From an uncultured Gammaproteobacteria bacterium (lineage in GTDB: Bacteria; Pseudomonadota; Gammaproteobacteria; Arenicellales; JAANXG01): a stretch of DNA of 64,000 nucleotides. The stretch spans positions 146,199-210,198 of the forward strand of contig CAMYNL010000001.1 of NCBI GenBank assembly GCA_947259705.1. Direction: 5' to 3'. The notes under the pieces are model-generated. The model made no database searches. It saw only the letters and a list, made by a program, of their open reading frames with translations, and was not told the origin of the DNA. Within the stretch, counting starts at the first letter, position 1. The number at the start of each line of letters is the position of its first letter. The position numbers were made by a program, and so were the translations under genes. Shown here in pieces: positions 1 through 9,215 of this stretch.

Positions 1-2
1 GC

Positions 3-1187
3 AATCCACCGAAGGGTGCCGAGCGTTATCAAGTTGGCGGCAACGTGGCGACCACGCCGGGCAAGGTGGTCCATCGCAACCGGCTGATAGAACTCATTCA
101 GTACGAGCCGACTACGAAAACGGTACAATACGAACCGGTTCTCATCGTCCCGGCCTGGATCATGAAGTACTATATCCTCGATCTATCGGCCCACAATTCA
201 CTGGTGCGATATCTGGTTGACAACGGGCACACCGTGTTCATGGTGTCTTGGAAAAACCCCACCGCGGAAGACCGGGATCTGGGCATGGCGGATTACCTGG
301 CCCTGGGTGTGGATACAGCCCTGGCTGCCATACAACACATCGTGCCGGACGCCCGCGTGCACGCCGCCGGTTATTGTCTCGGCGGTACGCTATTAACTGT
401 CGCCGCCGCGGCCATGGCGGGCACAGGTGACGATCGACTGGCAAGCATCACCTCGTTCGCCGCACAGACTGACTTCGCGGAAGCCGGGGAACTGATGCTG
501 TTCATCGATGAGAGCCAGGTAACTTTCCTGGAAGACCTCATGTGGGAGCAGGGTTGTCTGGACGCGAAACAGATGGCGGGGGCTTTCCAAATGCTGCGAT
601 CCAACGACCTGATCTGGTCTCGCTTGGTACACGAGTACCTGATGGGTAAGCGCGGGGAAATGAGCGACCTGATGGCCTGGAATGCTGACTCGACCCGCAT
701 GCCCTACCGAATGCATTCCGAGTACCTGCGCCAGTTCTTTCTGGGGAATCAGCTCGCTGCCGGTCAGTATAAGGTTCGGGGGCGGGTCATTGCCGTCAGC
801 GACATCCGCGCCCCCATGTTCGTGGTGGCGACGGAAAGGGATCACATCGCCCCGTGGCGCTCGGTATACAAGATCCACCTGTTGGCAGACACGGAGGTGA
901 GTTTTCTGCTCACCAGCGGCGGCCACAACGTCGGCATCGTCAGCGAGCCGAATCATCACCGCGGCCGGTACTATCGGCTGACCACCCGCAGCGAAACCGA
1001 TCGCTACGTGGACCCGGATGCTTGGCTGGCCTCGCAGGAGCCCGTCACCGGCTCATGGTGGCCCACGTGGCTGGCCTGGTTGGATGAACGGTCGAGCGGC
1101 GAGACCGATGCGCGTCCGCCGGGGGCACGGGACAAGGGCTACCCCGTGCTCGGCGATGCGCCCGGCACCTACGTACTACAGAAATGA
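3..1187 (+). CDS. phaC: Poly(3-hydroxyalkanoate) synthase, class I-type, 5'-truncated by window edge
   Basis: The frame is open from the window start ([23 protein letters not shown]). It contains [12 protein letters not shown], the lipase-like box GYCLGG (catalytic Cys), DHIAPW (Asp), SGGHNVG (His), and the C-terminal GSWWP...APGTYV. Confidence 0.93.
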   Translation, partial: NPPKGAERYQVGGNVATTPGKVVHRNRLIELIQYEPTTKTVQYEPVLIVPAWIMKYYILDLSAHNSLVRYLVDNGHTVFMVSWKNPTAEDRDLGMADYLALGVDTALAAIQHIVPDARVHAAGYCLGGTLLTVAAAAMAGTGDDRLASITSFAAQTDFAEAGELMLFIDESQVTFLEDLMWEQGCLDAKQMAGAFQMLRSNDLIWSRLVHEYLMGKRGEMSDLMAWNADSTRMPYRMHSEYLRQFFLGNQLAAGQYKVRGRVIAVSDIRAPMFVVATERDHIAPWRSVYKIHLLADTEVSFLLTSGGHNVGIVSEPNHHRGRYYRLTTRSETDRYVDPDAWLASQEPVTGSWWPTWLAWLDERSSGETDARPPGARDKGYPVLGDAPGTYVLQK

Positions 1188-1190
1188 CTG

Positions 1191-1436
1191 TCAAGATAGG
1201 CGTGACCCGAAGTAGTTGAGGCAGCCGCGCAGCGACGACAGTTGAGGATAGTCGGCCTGCGGAATACTCAGGCCCAGCGCGCTTTCCAGCTTGAGCACGA
1301 AGTTCAGGAATTCAACGGAGTCAAACGGATACTGGTCGCGGAAGCTGAGACCCGGGTCGAGCGTCTCGGATTCGATCTCGGGGGCCACTTCGGTCAGCGC
1401 AGCGATCACCTGAGTGCGGATGTCAACGTCGTTCAT
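1191..1436 (-). CDS. Acyl carrier protein (phosphopantetheine-binding)
   Basis: 81 aa and acidic. FDSVEFLNF holds the attachment Ser; IPQADYPQLSSL is typical of the ACPs found beside acsA/pdhABC-type clusters. Confidence 0.8.
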   Translation of the reverse strand: MNDVDIRTQVIAALTEVAPEIESETLDPGLSFRDQYPFDSVEFLNFVLKLESALGLSIPQADYPQLSSLRGCLNYFGSRLS

Positions 1437-1660
1437 GTCGGTGCTCCATCGGGTGCAGGGGGGAGGGATCGCCTTCCGGCAAGCCGAGATCGCGGGCCTT
1501 CAGCAGGCGCCGCCTGGCCGGCTTGCGCCCCCGCGGTATACCGGTCCGCGGTATACCGGTCCCACCACCTCGTGGGCGATATTGAGGCCCCGACCCCTGG
1601 CAGGCCGTCCAGCCGCTGTCGGGCGCTTGCCCAGGAACTTTCGGACGCGGGACGACTCAT
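1433..1660 (-). pseudogene. Internally deleted acetyl-CoA synthetase relic (N-terminal ~45 and C-terminal ~20 codons joined)
   Basis: The minus-strand frames read SWASARQRLDGLPG / GRGLNIAHEVV / DRYTAG (AcsA N-terminal motif) and RRLLKARDLGLPEGD (AcsA C-terminal motif, 1512..1468). The region has frameshifts and a 15-bp duplication. Confidence 0.8.
1531..1560. repeat. Exact 15-bp tandem duplication CCGCGGTATACCGGT x2
   Basis: 1531-1545 and 1546-1560 are identical, giving DRYTA-DRYTA in the relic ORF. Each copy contains the palindrome CGGTATACCG. Confidence 0.95.
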
Positions 1661-4377
1661 GGCCGGGCAGGCGCATCCGCGTCCGAATCGGGCTCTCGGA
1701 GTGAGAGCACAACGCGTACGATACCCGGATTGTCGTCGGGACGGGTCTGATCAAAACCGAGCACGCTGCACAGCTTCAGCATGGCGCGATTATCCGCCAG
1801 CACATCTCCGTACAACTGGCCTATGCCGCGGGCCCGCGCGTAGTCGATAATGCGACGCATGAGAAACATGCCCAGCCCCAGCCCCGTCATGTCATGGTGA
1901 ATGAGGATCGCGTACTCGGCGCGGGTGTTGTCCGGATCCGCGGTGATATGGACAACACCATAGATGGGAGTCTGGCCCAGGCCGCCGCGCTCGGTCAGTA
2001 TCAGGGCCATCTCCCGGTCATAGTCAATCTGAGTGAAGCGCGCGGCGTTAACGTGGCTGAGCACCTTCATCGGGACGAAGAACCGCAAGCGGATTTCTTC
2101 CGGTGTCAGGCTTGCGAAGCTGCGCTGAATCGCGGGCTCGTCCTCGGGGACGATGGGCCGCAGGAAGAGGCTGCGGCCATCGCCGAGCGGGACGTCCTCT
2201 TCCAGTTCCTGCGGATATGGCCTGATCGCCAGGCGGCGATGGGGGTGGTCCGGTGACGGCTGGACGCGCAATCGGGCGTCCAGGGCGATGACGCCCTGGT
2301 CGTTCACCAGCAGGGGATTGACGTCCAACTCGACGATCTCGCCAACGTCCACCACCAGCTGTGACACGCGCACCAGCATCAGCGCCAGGGCCTCCAGGTC
2401 GGCCGCAGGGCGATCACGGAAGCCCTGTAGTAGTCGGTGCACACGTGTCCGCTGCATCATTGCGTGAGCCAACTGCAGGTTCAGTGGAGGGAAGCCTAGC
2501 GCTTTGTCATTGATGACCTCCACCGCGGTCCCGCCGTGTCCGAAAAGCAGCACCGGACCGAACTGGGCATCCTGGAACATCCCGAGGATGATTTCCTGGG
2601 CCCCCGGTCGACGCGCCATGGGCTGAATGGTGAAACCGTCGATGCGGGCCCCGCGGTGGATCGCCTGCACCCTTTGCAGCATTGCGGTGGCGGCGGTGCG
2701 CACCGCCTCGGCGTCTTCCAGGTCCAGCACCACTCCGCCGACGTCGCTCTTGTGGGTGATGTCGGGCGACAGGATCTTTATCGCTACCGGGAAATTGAGA
2801 GTTGCTGCGGCCTGTGCCGCTGCCTCAGGTGTTTCCGCTATGCGGGTTTCTACGCAGGGGATCCCGTAGGCCGTCAATATCGACTTGGCCTCCGGTTCGG
2901 TCAACCAGTCGCGGCCGGCGGCAAGCGCTTCCCGCGCCAAGCTCCGCGTCAGAGCCGGGTCGGGCTCGAATTCCGCGGGAATGGACGGTGGGGTTTGCAT
3001 CAGCAGTTCCTGGTTGCGGCGGTAGTTCACCATGTGGGTGAAGGCACGTACGGCCTGCTCCGGCGTTTCGTAAGTGGCAATGCCCGCCTCGGTAAACAGA
3101 CGCCGGGCCGCCGCGGCGGCCTCCTCCCCTACCCAACTGGTCAACACGGTGGCCCGTCGCCGGCCCGACGACTCGTCGACTACGGCTCGTGCCGCCTCGG
3201 TCCCGGAGGCGATCGCGGTGGGGCAATTGAGCACCAGCGTCGCATCGACCTCGGGCTCTTCGAGCAGCACCTTGAGGGCGGCGGCGTAACGGCTGCCGGG
3301 GGCATCCCCGATGATGTCCACCGGGTTGGCGCGGGACCAGGTCGGCGGCAACACCGCATCAAGGCGGGCGATGGTTTTCGGCGATAGCCGCGCCAGACGC
3401 CCCTGATGCTCGATGAGCGCGTCGGTCGCCATGACGCCGATGCCGCCCCCGTTGGACAGGATGGCCAGCCGCTCGCCCTGCGGCAATCGGCTGCGGGCCA
3501 ACGATTCCACGGCGTCGAACAGCTCGTTGAGGGAGTGCACCCGCAGCATGCCGGCCCGGCTGATGGCGGCATCGTAGACCTCGTCCAGGCCGGCGAGGGC
3601 GCCGGTGTGGGACGCGGCGGCCCGCGCGCCCTCGGTATAGCGTCCCGACTTGACCACGATGACCGGCTTGGTACGCGCGGCGGCTCGCGCCGCGGACATG
3701 AATTTACGAGCGCTGGTGATGGATTCTATATAGAGCAGGACGGCATGGGTGCTGCTGTCGTTGGCGAGGTAATCGAGCATATCGCCGAAATCGACGTCGG
3801 CCATGTTGCCCAGCGATACCAGATGGGAGAATCCGATCCCGCGGGCGCTGGCCCAGTCCAGCACCGACGTCACCACCGCGCCGGATTGCGCGACGAACGC
3901 GATCTGCCCCCGTCGCGGATGTATATGCGCGAAACTGGCGTTGAGACCGACGCCGGGCACCATTATTCCCAGGCAGTTTGGTCCGTTGATGCGCAGCAGC
4001 TTTGATTGCGCGGCATCGAGTAAGGCCTGGCGCAGCGTTTTCCCCTCGTGGTCGCCGCCTTCCGCAAAGCCCGCGCTGATCACCACGGCGGCTCGTGTGC
4101 CTCCCCGCGCCAGGTGCTGGACGATGCCGGGCACGGTCTCGGCAGGCGTGGCGATGACCGCCAGGTCCGGGGGTTCGGGCAGGTCGGCGATGTCGCGGTG
4201 CACACGTACGCCGCCAAGCGTGCGTAGACGCGGGTTGACCAAATCGACGGGTCCCCCGAATCCGCCACTGAGCAGGTTGGCGGTCAGGACGGCGCCTACC
4301 GACTGTGGTTGATCGCTAGCGCCGATCAAGGCAACCGAGCGGGGCGAGAACAGATAATGCAGGTTGCGTACGCTCAT
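1657..4377 (-). CDS. Bifunctional NDP-forming acyl-CoA ligase-like / GNAT protein lysine acetyltransferase (Pat/PatZ/YfiQ architecture)
   Basis: CoA-binding start FSPRSVALIGAS, then GPNCLG, AQSGA, SHTGALAG, NPVDIIGDA, ATP-grasp HKSDVGGV and LDVNPL. C-terminal GNAT: LRFF...TQIDYDREMAL...AEYAILI...GLGLG. Confidence 0.92.
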   Translation of the reverse strand: MSVRNLHYLFSPRSVALIGASDQPQSVGAVLTANLLSGGFGGPVDLVNPRLRTLGGVRVHRDIADLPEPPDLAVIATPAETVPGIVQHLARGGTRAAVVISAGFAEGGDHEGKTLRQALLDAAQSKLLRINGPNCLGIMVPGVGLNASFAHIHPRRGQIAFVAQSGAVVTSVLDWASARGIGFSHLVSLGNMADVDFGDMLDYLANDSSTHAVLLYIESITSARKFMSAARAAARTKPVIVVKSGRYTEGARAAASHTGALAGLDEVYDAAISRAGMLRVHSLNELFDAVESLARSRLPQGERLAILSNGGGIGVMATDALIEHQGRLARLSPKTIARLDAVLPPTWSRANPVDIIGDAPGSRYAAALKVLLEEPEVDATLVLNCPTAIASGTEAARAVVDESSGRRRATVLTSWVGEEAAAAARRLFTEAGIATYETPEQAVRAFTHMVNYRRNQELLMQTPPSIPAEFEPDPALTRSLAREALAAGRDWLTEPEAKSILTAYGIPCVETRIAETPEAAAQAAATLNFPVAIKILSPDITHKSDVGGVVLDLEDAEAVRTAATAMLQRVQAIHRGARIDGFTIQPMARRPGAQEIILGMFQDAQFGPVLLFGHGGTAVEVINDKALGFPPLNLQLAHAMMQRTRVHRLLQGFRDRPAADLEALALMLVRVSQLVVDVGEIVELDVNPLLVNDQGVIALDARLRVQPSPDHPHRRLAIRPYPQELEEDVPLGDGRSLFLRPIVPEDEPAIQRSFASLTPEEIRLRFFVPMKVLSHVNAARFTQIDYDREMALILTERGGLGQTPIYGVVHITADPDNTRAEYAILIHHDMTGLGLGMFLMRRIIDYARARGIGQLYGDVLADNRAMLKLCSVLGFDQTRPDDNPGIVRVVLSLREPDSDADAPARP

Positions 4378-4615
4378 TGCCTCATCAAGGTGTCAAAGAC
4401 CGGGTGGATCATGGTGTTATCGTGTTGCGAAATTACGCCATCAGCGCATATCGGTGTGCGAGAGCAGGCGTCGGCGCGGCGACATGCCACGCCACGGACC
4501 GATATTGCACGGACGCCGGCGGCGCGGAAACCGGGACACCCGCGCCGTCCCCCTGGCCGGGATGCGCGGACAAATGTCGGCCAAGCAAGGATCATTTCGC
4601 GACGCGTCGACGACC

Positions 4616-5446
4616 TCAGTGCGCGATCAGAACCGGGATCGGGGCGTGAGTCAATAGGTGCCGGGTTACGCCGCCGAGCACCAGTTCGCGGAAGCGGGTT
4701 TGCCCGTAGGCGCCGCTAACGATCAGATCCGCTGCGCAAATTTCCGCGAGTTCAAGCAAGGCCTCTCCGGTCGAGCCGCTGGGGTTGTCCACCAGCTTGC
4801 GGTCGCAGGCAATGCCATGGTGCAGCAGGTACTGGGTCAGGGCGTCTGCGGCGTCGCCGGCGAGTGCCTCGTGACGACGGCGGATGGAAACGGCGGTGAC
4901 TTTGTCGCTTCGTTGCAGCAATGGTAATGCGTCATGCAGGGCGCGAGTCGACTCCCGACTCTCGTTCCAGCCCAATAGAATGTTCTTAAAACTGACGTCA
5001 AACTCACCAATCTCGCGTGGCAGCACCAACACCGCGGTGCCCGACTCCAGCGCGAGCTTCTCGGCGTACCCAGCAAATACAACCTCCGCGCCCTCCATGT
5101 CCTTGGAACCGACCATGATCAGGTCAGTGTAGCGTGATCGGTGCAAGAGAATGCTCAGTGGATGACCTGTCTCGCAACGCCAGCTGGCCGCTGATCCCAG
5201 GGCACCGCTGGCCGCAGCAAACGCCTTCTCCGCGATTCCCGCCTGGTTAACGAGTTCCGCCTCACGCTCCGCTAGTATGTCCTCGGGAATCTCGAAGTCG
5301 ACGTAGGCCGGTATGTCCGGGTGGGGGATGACATACAGACCGGTCAGGGCGGCATTATGCAGCTCGGCGAGGGCGACAGCTGCCTTGATCCGCACCGCGC
5401 AGTTCGCCGATTCGTCCACGTGCACCAATATGTCCTTCAGCACCAT
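4616..5446 (-). CDS. Universal stress protein (tandem UspA domains)
   Basis: KDILVHVD, ILLGWNESRESTRALHDALP, ADLIVSGAYGQTRFRELVLGGVTRHLL...PVLIAH. Confidence 0.92.
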   Translation of the reverse strand: MVLKDILVHVDESANCAVRIKAAVALAELHNAALTGLYVIPHPDIPAYVDFEIPEDILAEREAELVNQAGIAEKAFAAASGALGSAASWRCETGHPLSILLHRSRYTDLIMVGSKDMEGAEVVFAGYAEKLALESGTAVLVLPREIGEFDVSFKNILLGWNESRESTRALHDALPLLQRSDKVTAVSIRRRHEALAGDAADALTQYLLHHGIACDRKLVDNPSGSTGEALLELAEICAADLIVSGAYGQTRFRELVLGGVTRHLLTHAPIPVLIAH

Positions 5447-5473
5447 ATTTATTCCCTCGCTGTCTACCCGGCC

Positions 5474-5514
5474 AGCATAAGAGCTCCTGGTGTCGGCACC
5501 TTGACCGGGATCAA
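5474..5514 (-). promoter_or_regulatory. FNR/Anr-type box with class II promoter geometry upstream of usp
   Basis: The minus strand has TTGATCCCGGTCAA (5514..5501), a 9/10 match to TTGAT-N4-ATCAA. A -10-like TATGCT at 5479..5474 places the box centre at about -41.5. Confidence 0.75.
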
Positions 5515-5583
5515 GACTTCACAATGAAGCGGCGCGCGTGAATCCGAAAATCCAGGCCGGAAGACTTTGTTATCATCGTTATC

Positions 5584-7740
5584 ATGGACGTTTCACATAT
5601 TCTCGAAGACCTAAACGACGCCCAGCGCGACGCGGTGGCGGCGCCACCCGGGCCGGTACTGGTGCTGGCTGGCGCCGGCAGTGGTAAGACAAGAGTGCTG
5701 ACCCACCGGGTGGCGTGGCTCGTGGAGGCCTGTCAGATTTCACCGCTGTCGATTCTTGCCGTGACTTTCACCAATAAGGCGGCGCAGGAAATGCGCGGTC
5801 GCATCGAGCAGATGCTGGGGTTCCCGGTGAACGGCATGTGGATGGGCACGTTTCACAGCACTGCCCACCGCCTGTTGCGGGCGCACTGGCAGGAGGCGGG
5901 ACTGGTTCAGAGTTTCCAGATCCTGGACAGCGACGATCAGCTGCGATTGATCCGTCGTGCGCTCAAGGAGCTGAATCTTGACGAGGGCTACTGGCCGCCG
6001 CGTCAGGTGCAATGGTACATCAACGGGCACAAGGAGGAGGGGCGGCGTCCGGGTGACGTTGCCGACAGCGCGGATTCCCAGCAGCGGGAATTACGCCGCG
6101 CATTCAGCACCTACGAGGCGCTGTGTCAGCGATTCGGATTGGTGGATTTCGCTGAACTGCTGCTGCGTGCGTACGAATTACTGTGTAATAACGAGCCGCT
6201 GAGGGACCGCTACCAAGATCGGTTTCAGCACGTGCTGGTGGACGAGTTTCAGGACACCAACGCAATTCAGTATGAATGGCTCAAACTGCTGGCCCACCGG
6301 CACCGGCGGATCTTTGTGGTTGGCGATGACGACCAGTCGATCTACGGATGGCGCGGCGCCCGAGTGGAGAATATTCTGCAGTTCGAGAAGGATTTCCCCG
6401 GCGCCATGGTGGTGCGGCTGGAGCAGAACTATAGGTCAACCGGCACCATTCTCAATGCTGCCAACGCCGTGATCGATCACAATCGCGGACGCCTGGGAAA
6501 GAACCTGTGGACTGAGGACGACGCCGGCGAACCAGTCCGGGTCTATGCGGCCTATAACGAGATTGACGAGGCGCGCTTTGTCATCGATCGGATACAAAGC
6601 TGGGTAGACGCGGGCAACCGTCGCAGCGAGGTCGCCATACTTTATCGGTCCAATGCCCAGTCACGGGTGTTCGAGGAGATTTTACTGGATGTCGGCATGC
6701 CCTACCGCGTCTACGGCGGCCTGCGGTTTTTCGAGCGCGCCGAGATCAAGGATGCGCTGGCGTATCTGCGGCTGTTGGCCAGCCGACAGGATGATCCATC
6801 CTTTGAACGCATCTGTAATGTTCCCACCCGCGGCATTGGTAACAAGACCATGGAACAGCTTCGCGATCATGCCCGCATCAACCAGGTCTCGCTGTGGGAC
6901 TCGGCACGGGCACTGATGCATGCTCACGAGCTGCCCGGGCGAGCCGTAACCGCGCTGACCGGCTTTGTGCGACTGGTCGATGGCTTGGCTGAAGAGGCCA
7001 CGGATTTGGACTTGGCAGACCAGGTCGAAGTGGTTCTGCAGCGCAGCGGGCTGCTGCAGCACTACCGCAAGGAAAAAGGTGAACGGGGAGAGGCGCGGGT
7101 CGAGAACCTCGAGGAGTTGGTCTCGGCGGCGCGGAATTTCGAGCATGACGAAGACGATGAGCTTCCTCCAATGGCGGCATTTCTGTCACATGCGGCGCTT
7201 GAGTCCGGCGAGGGACAGGCGGAGCAGTGGGAGGATTGTGTGCAGCTCATGAGCCTGCATTCGGCAAAGGGGCTGGAGTTCCCGCTGGTGTTCCTCACCG
7301 GGCTGGAGGAAGGTTTGTTTCCGCACCAGCGTTCGATGCAGGAGCCGGGGCGGCTGGAGGAGGAGCGGCGGTTATGCTACGTGGGCATGACGCGGGCGAT
7401 GCGGCAGCTCTACCTGTCCTACGCGGAGGTGCGCCGACTGCATGGCCGTGAGAGCTACACCGCCCCCTCGCGGTTTCTCGCCGAGATTCCCGACGAGCTG
7501 ATGGCGGAGGTACGAGCCGGGACCACGCTGCAGCGCACAAACTGGCGGGTTCACGAGACTCCGGCGGCCGGCGACGGAGCCGGGGTCAGCCTGGGCCGCC
7601 ATGTGCGCCACTCCGCGTTTGGCGACGGTGTGGTGCTGAATATCGAAGGCCGTGGGGATCATGCGCGTGTGCAGGTCAATTTTGACGAGGTCGGCAGCAA
7701 GTGGCTGGTGCTGGCCTACGCAAACCTGGAGGTTCTGTAA
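5584..7740 (+). CDS. uvrD: DNA helicase II
   Basis: LAGAGSGKT, TFTNKAA, VDEFQDTN, VGDDDQSIYGWRGA, LEQNYRS, HSAKGLEF, EEERRLCYVGMTRA, and C-terminal KWLVLAYANL. Confidence 0.97.
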   Translation: MDVSHILEDLNDAQRDAVAAPPGPVLVLAGAGSGKTRVLTHRVAWLVEACQISPLSILAVTFTNKAAQEMRGRIEQMLGFPVNGMWMGTFHSTAHRLLRAHWQEAGLVQSFQILDSDDQLRLIRRALKELNLDEGYWPPRQVQWYINGHKEEGRRPGDVADSADSQQRELRRAFSTYEALCQRFGLVDFAELLLRAYELLCNNEPLRDRYQDRFQHVLVDEFQDTNAIQYEWLKLLAHRHRRIFVVGDDDQSIYGWRGARVENILQFEKDFPGAMVVRLEQNYRSTGTILNAANAVIDHNRGRLGKNLWTEDDAGEPVRVYAAYNEIDEARFVIDRIQSWVDAGNRRSEVAILYRSNAQSRVFEEILLDVGMPYRVYGGLRFFERAEIKDALAYLRLLASRQDDPSFERICNVPTRGIGNKTMEQLRDHARINQVSLWDSARALMHAHELPGRAVTALTGFVRLVDGLAEEATDLDLADQVEVVLQRSGLLQHYRKEKGERGEARVENLEELVSAARNFEHDEDDELPPMAAFLSHAALESGEGQAEQWEDCVQLMSLHSAKGLEFPLVFLTGLEEGLFPHQRSMQEPGRLEEERRLCYVGMTRAMRQLYLSYAEVRRLHGRESYTAPSRFLAEIPDELMAEVRAGTTLQRTNWRVHETPAAGDGAGVSLGRHVRHSAFGDGVVLNIEGRGDHARVQVNFDEVGSKWLVLAYANLEVL

Positions 7741-7785
7741 GGGATAGTATTACAATGTTTTCGGTGCTTTTGGGGGGCATGCGCT

Positions 7786-8595
7786 ATGATTGGGAAAGAC
7801 TCGGTCTCCGCCGGCAACGGCATGTTTTCACGGGGGCACGCGATGGCTGCAGGGAACAACGAAAGCAATCATTTTAGGCAGGTATCGATTGTGGGGGTGA
7901 CGGTGTTTGTCGCCGCCACGATCGTTATTGCATTGGCGGACCTTGCATTGCAGCGAGGTCTGGAGCCAATTTGGCTGGCCGTGCAGGCCATCGTCCTGGC
8001 CGGGGTTGCCGCAGTCGCCGCGGCGCTGAGCCGGCGCCGGATCGGATCATCCGCCGCCACGGACCGGCCTCCCGCCGGCGGGGCGACCCGGGCCCGCACC
8101 GAGCTGGACCGTATCACCAGAACACTCAATGAGCATGGGATAACGGTGAAGTTACTGGAGTTAATGGCTCTGGGGGAGCGCTACGGCAACAAGCTTGCCA
8201 TCGCGGTGGCGGATGTGGACTACCTGTGCCTGATCAACGAGCGCTACGGTAATGATATGGGTGACCGTGCGTTGCGTTCCATTGCCACGGTACTTAACGA
8301 TACGATCCGCATGCCGGACCGGTTGGGACGAAATGGAGATGATCAGTTCCTTATCCTGCTGCCGGAGACGGACATACACGGCGCACGCCAGATCGGGGAA
8401 CGCCTGCGCGAGGCGATCGCCCAGGTTGAGATTGACGCCGACCAGGGTGACCTGGTCCGTCTTACCGCAAGTATTGGCGTAACGGCATACCGGCGCGGCG
8501 ATGATTTGAACAACCTGCTGTCGCGCGCCACTCGTGCCATGCGGCAGGCAAAAGTCATGGGTCGCAATCGGGTTCTCACCGATCTCGCCGCCTGA
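7786..8595 (+). CDS. Membrane-anchored GGDEF-domain protein with degenerate active site (start may be ATG 7843)
   Basis: Two hydrophobic helices followed by a GGDEF fold (INERYGNDMGDRAL, TASIGV, AKVMGRNRV). The signature reads RMPD-RLGRN-GDDQF. Confidence 0.85.
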   Translation: MIGKDSVSAGNGMFSRGHAMAAGNNESNHFRQVSIVGVTVFVAATIVIALADLALQRGLEPIWLAVQAIVLAGVAAVAAALSRRRIGSSAATDRPPAGGATRARTELDRITRTLNEHGITVKLLELMALGERYGNKLAIAVADVDYLCLINERYGNDMGDRALRSIATVLNDTIRMPDRLGRNGDDQFLILLPETDIHGARQIGERLREAIAQVEIDADQGDLVRLTASIGVTAYRRGDDLNNLLSRATRAMRQAKVMGRNRVLTDLAA

Positions 8596-8630
8596 TGGCA
8601 TGTCCCGCGAAATGCGCCGCCGATTCTCTC

Positions 8631-9170
8631 ATGACGATCGCTGACGGCGACATTCTGCACTACCTGGCCTATGGCTCCAATATGCTGCGAGAGCGCCTCG
8701 CTGAACGTGTCGGACAGGTGGGTGTCGTGGGCGGCGTTCGGCTGACGGGATACCGGCTCGGATTCAACATGCTCAGCAGGGACGGTTCCGGCAAGTGCAA
8801 CGCGTCCTTGACCGGGTCAGCACGACACAGCCTGCATGGCGTGGTCTATCGCATGACCGGGGAACAGAAACGGCTGCTCGACCATTATGAAGGTCCACGC
8901 TATGAATCGCGCTGGTTGGAGGTGGGGAAGGCCGGCGGCGCGATGAAGATCTTCACCTACGTCGGCCGCGAGGAGCATGTCGCCACCGGGCTTTCACCCT
9001 ACAGCTGGTACAAGGCATTTGTGCATGCCGGCGCCTTGCAGCATCGACTGCCGGGTCCCTATATCGCCGGGATCGCCGCCTCCCCAACCATTGCCGATCC
9101 CGATGGCGAGCGTCATCAGCGCAACGTGCAAGTACTGCGCGCGACGCAGTACGCCGACATCGTCGACTGA
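8631..9170 (+). CDS. Gamma-glutamylcyclotransferase family protein (GGCT/AIG2-like)
   Basis: YLAYGSNM, GYRLGFN, GVVY, LDHYEG, Y...V..GA.QH.LP..YI. An alternative start lies at 8595. Confidence 0.82.
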   Translation: MTIADGDILHYLAYGSNMLRERLAERVGQVGVVGGVRLTGYRLGFNMLSRDGSGKCNASLTGSARHSLHGVVYRMTGEQKRLLDHYEGPRYESRWLEVGKAGGAMKIFTYVGREEHVATGLSPYSWYKAFVHAGALQHRLPGPYIAGIAASPTIADPDGERHQRNVQVLRATQYADIVD

Positions 9171-9215
9171 CGCCCCGCTCGGTGGAACCCGCGGCGCAAC
9201 CCGGGACCGAGACAG

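Noticed and set aside
1531-1560. 15-bp direct repeat as a transposon target-site duplication or CRISPR remnant
   Set aside because: There are only two abutting copies, with no spacer, terminal inverted repeats, transposase or cas gene. Slippage at a short palindrome within the acsA relic is the simpler explanation.
5447-5585. LexA box for uvrD, or a Fur box from the GTTATCAT-C-GTTATCAT repeat (5569-5585)
   Set aside because: No CTGT-N8-ACAG is present. The repeat is explained by a -10-like TATCAT plus the start codon context and does not form a full Fur palindrome.
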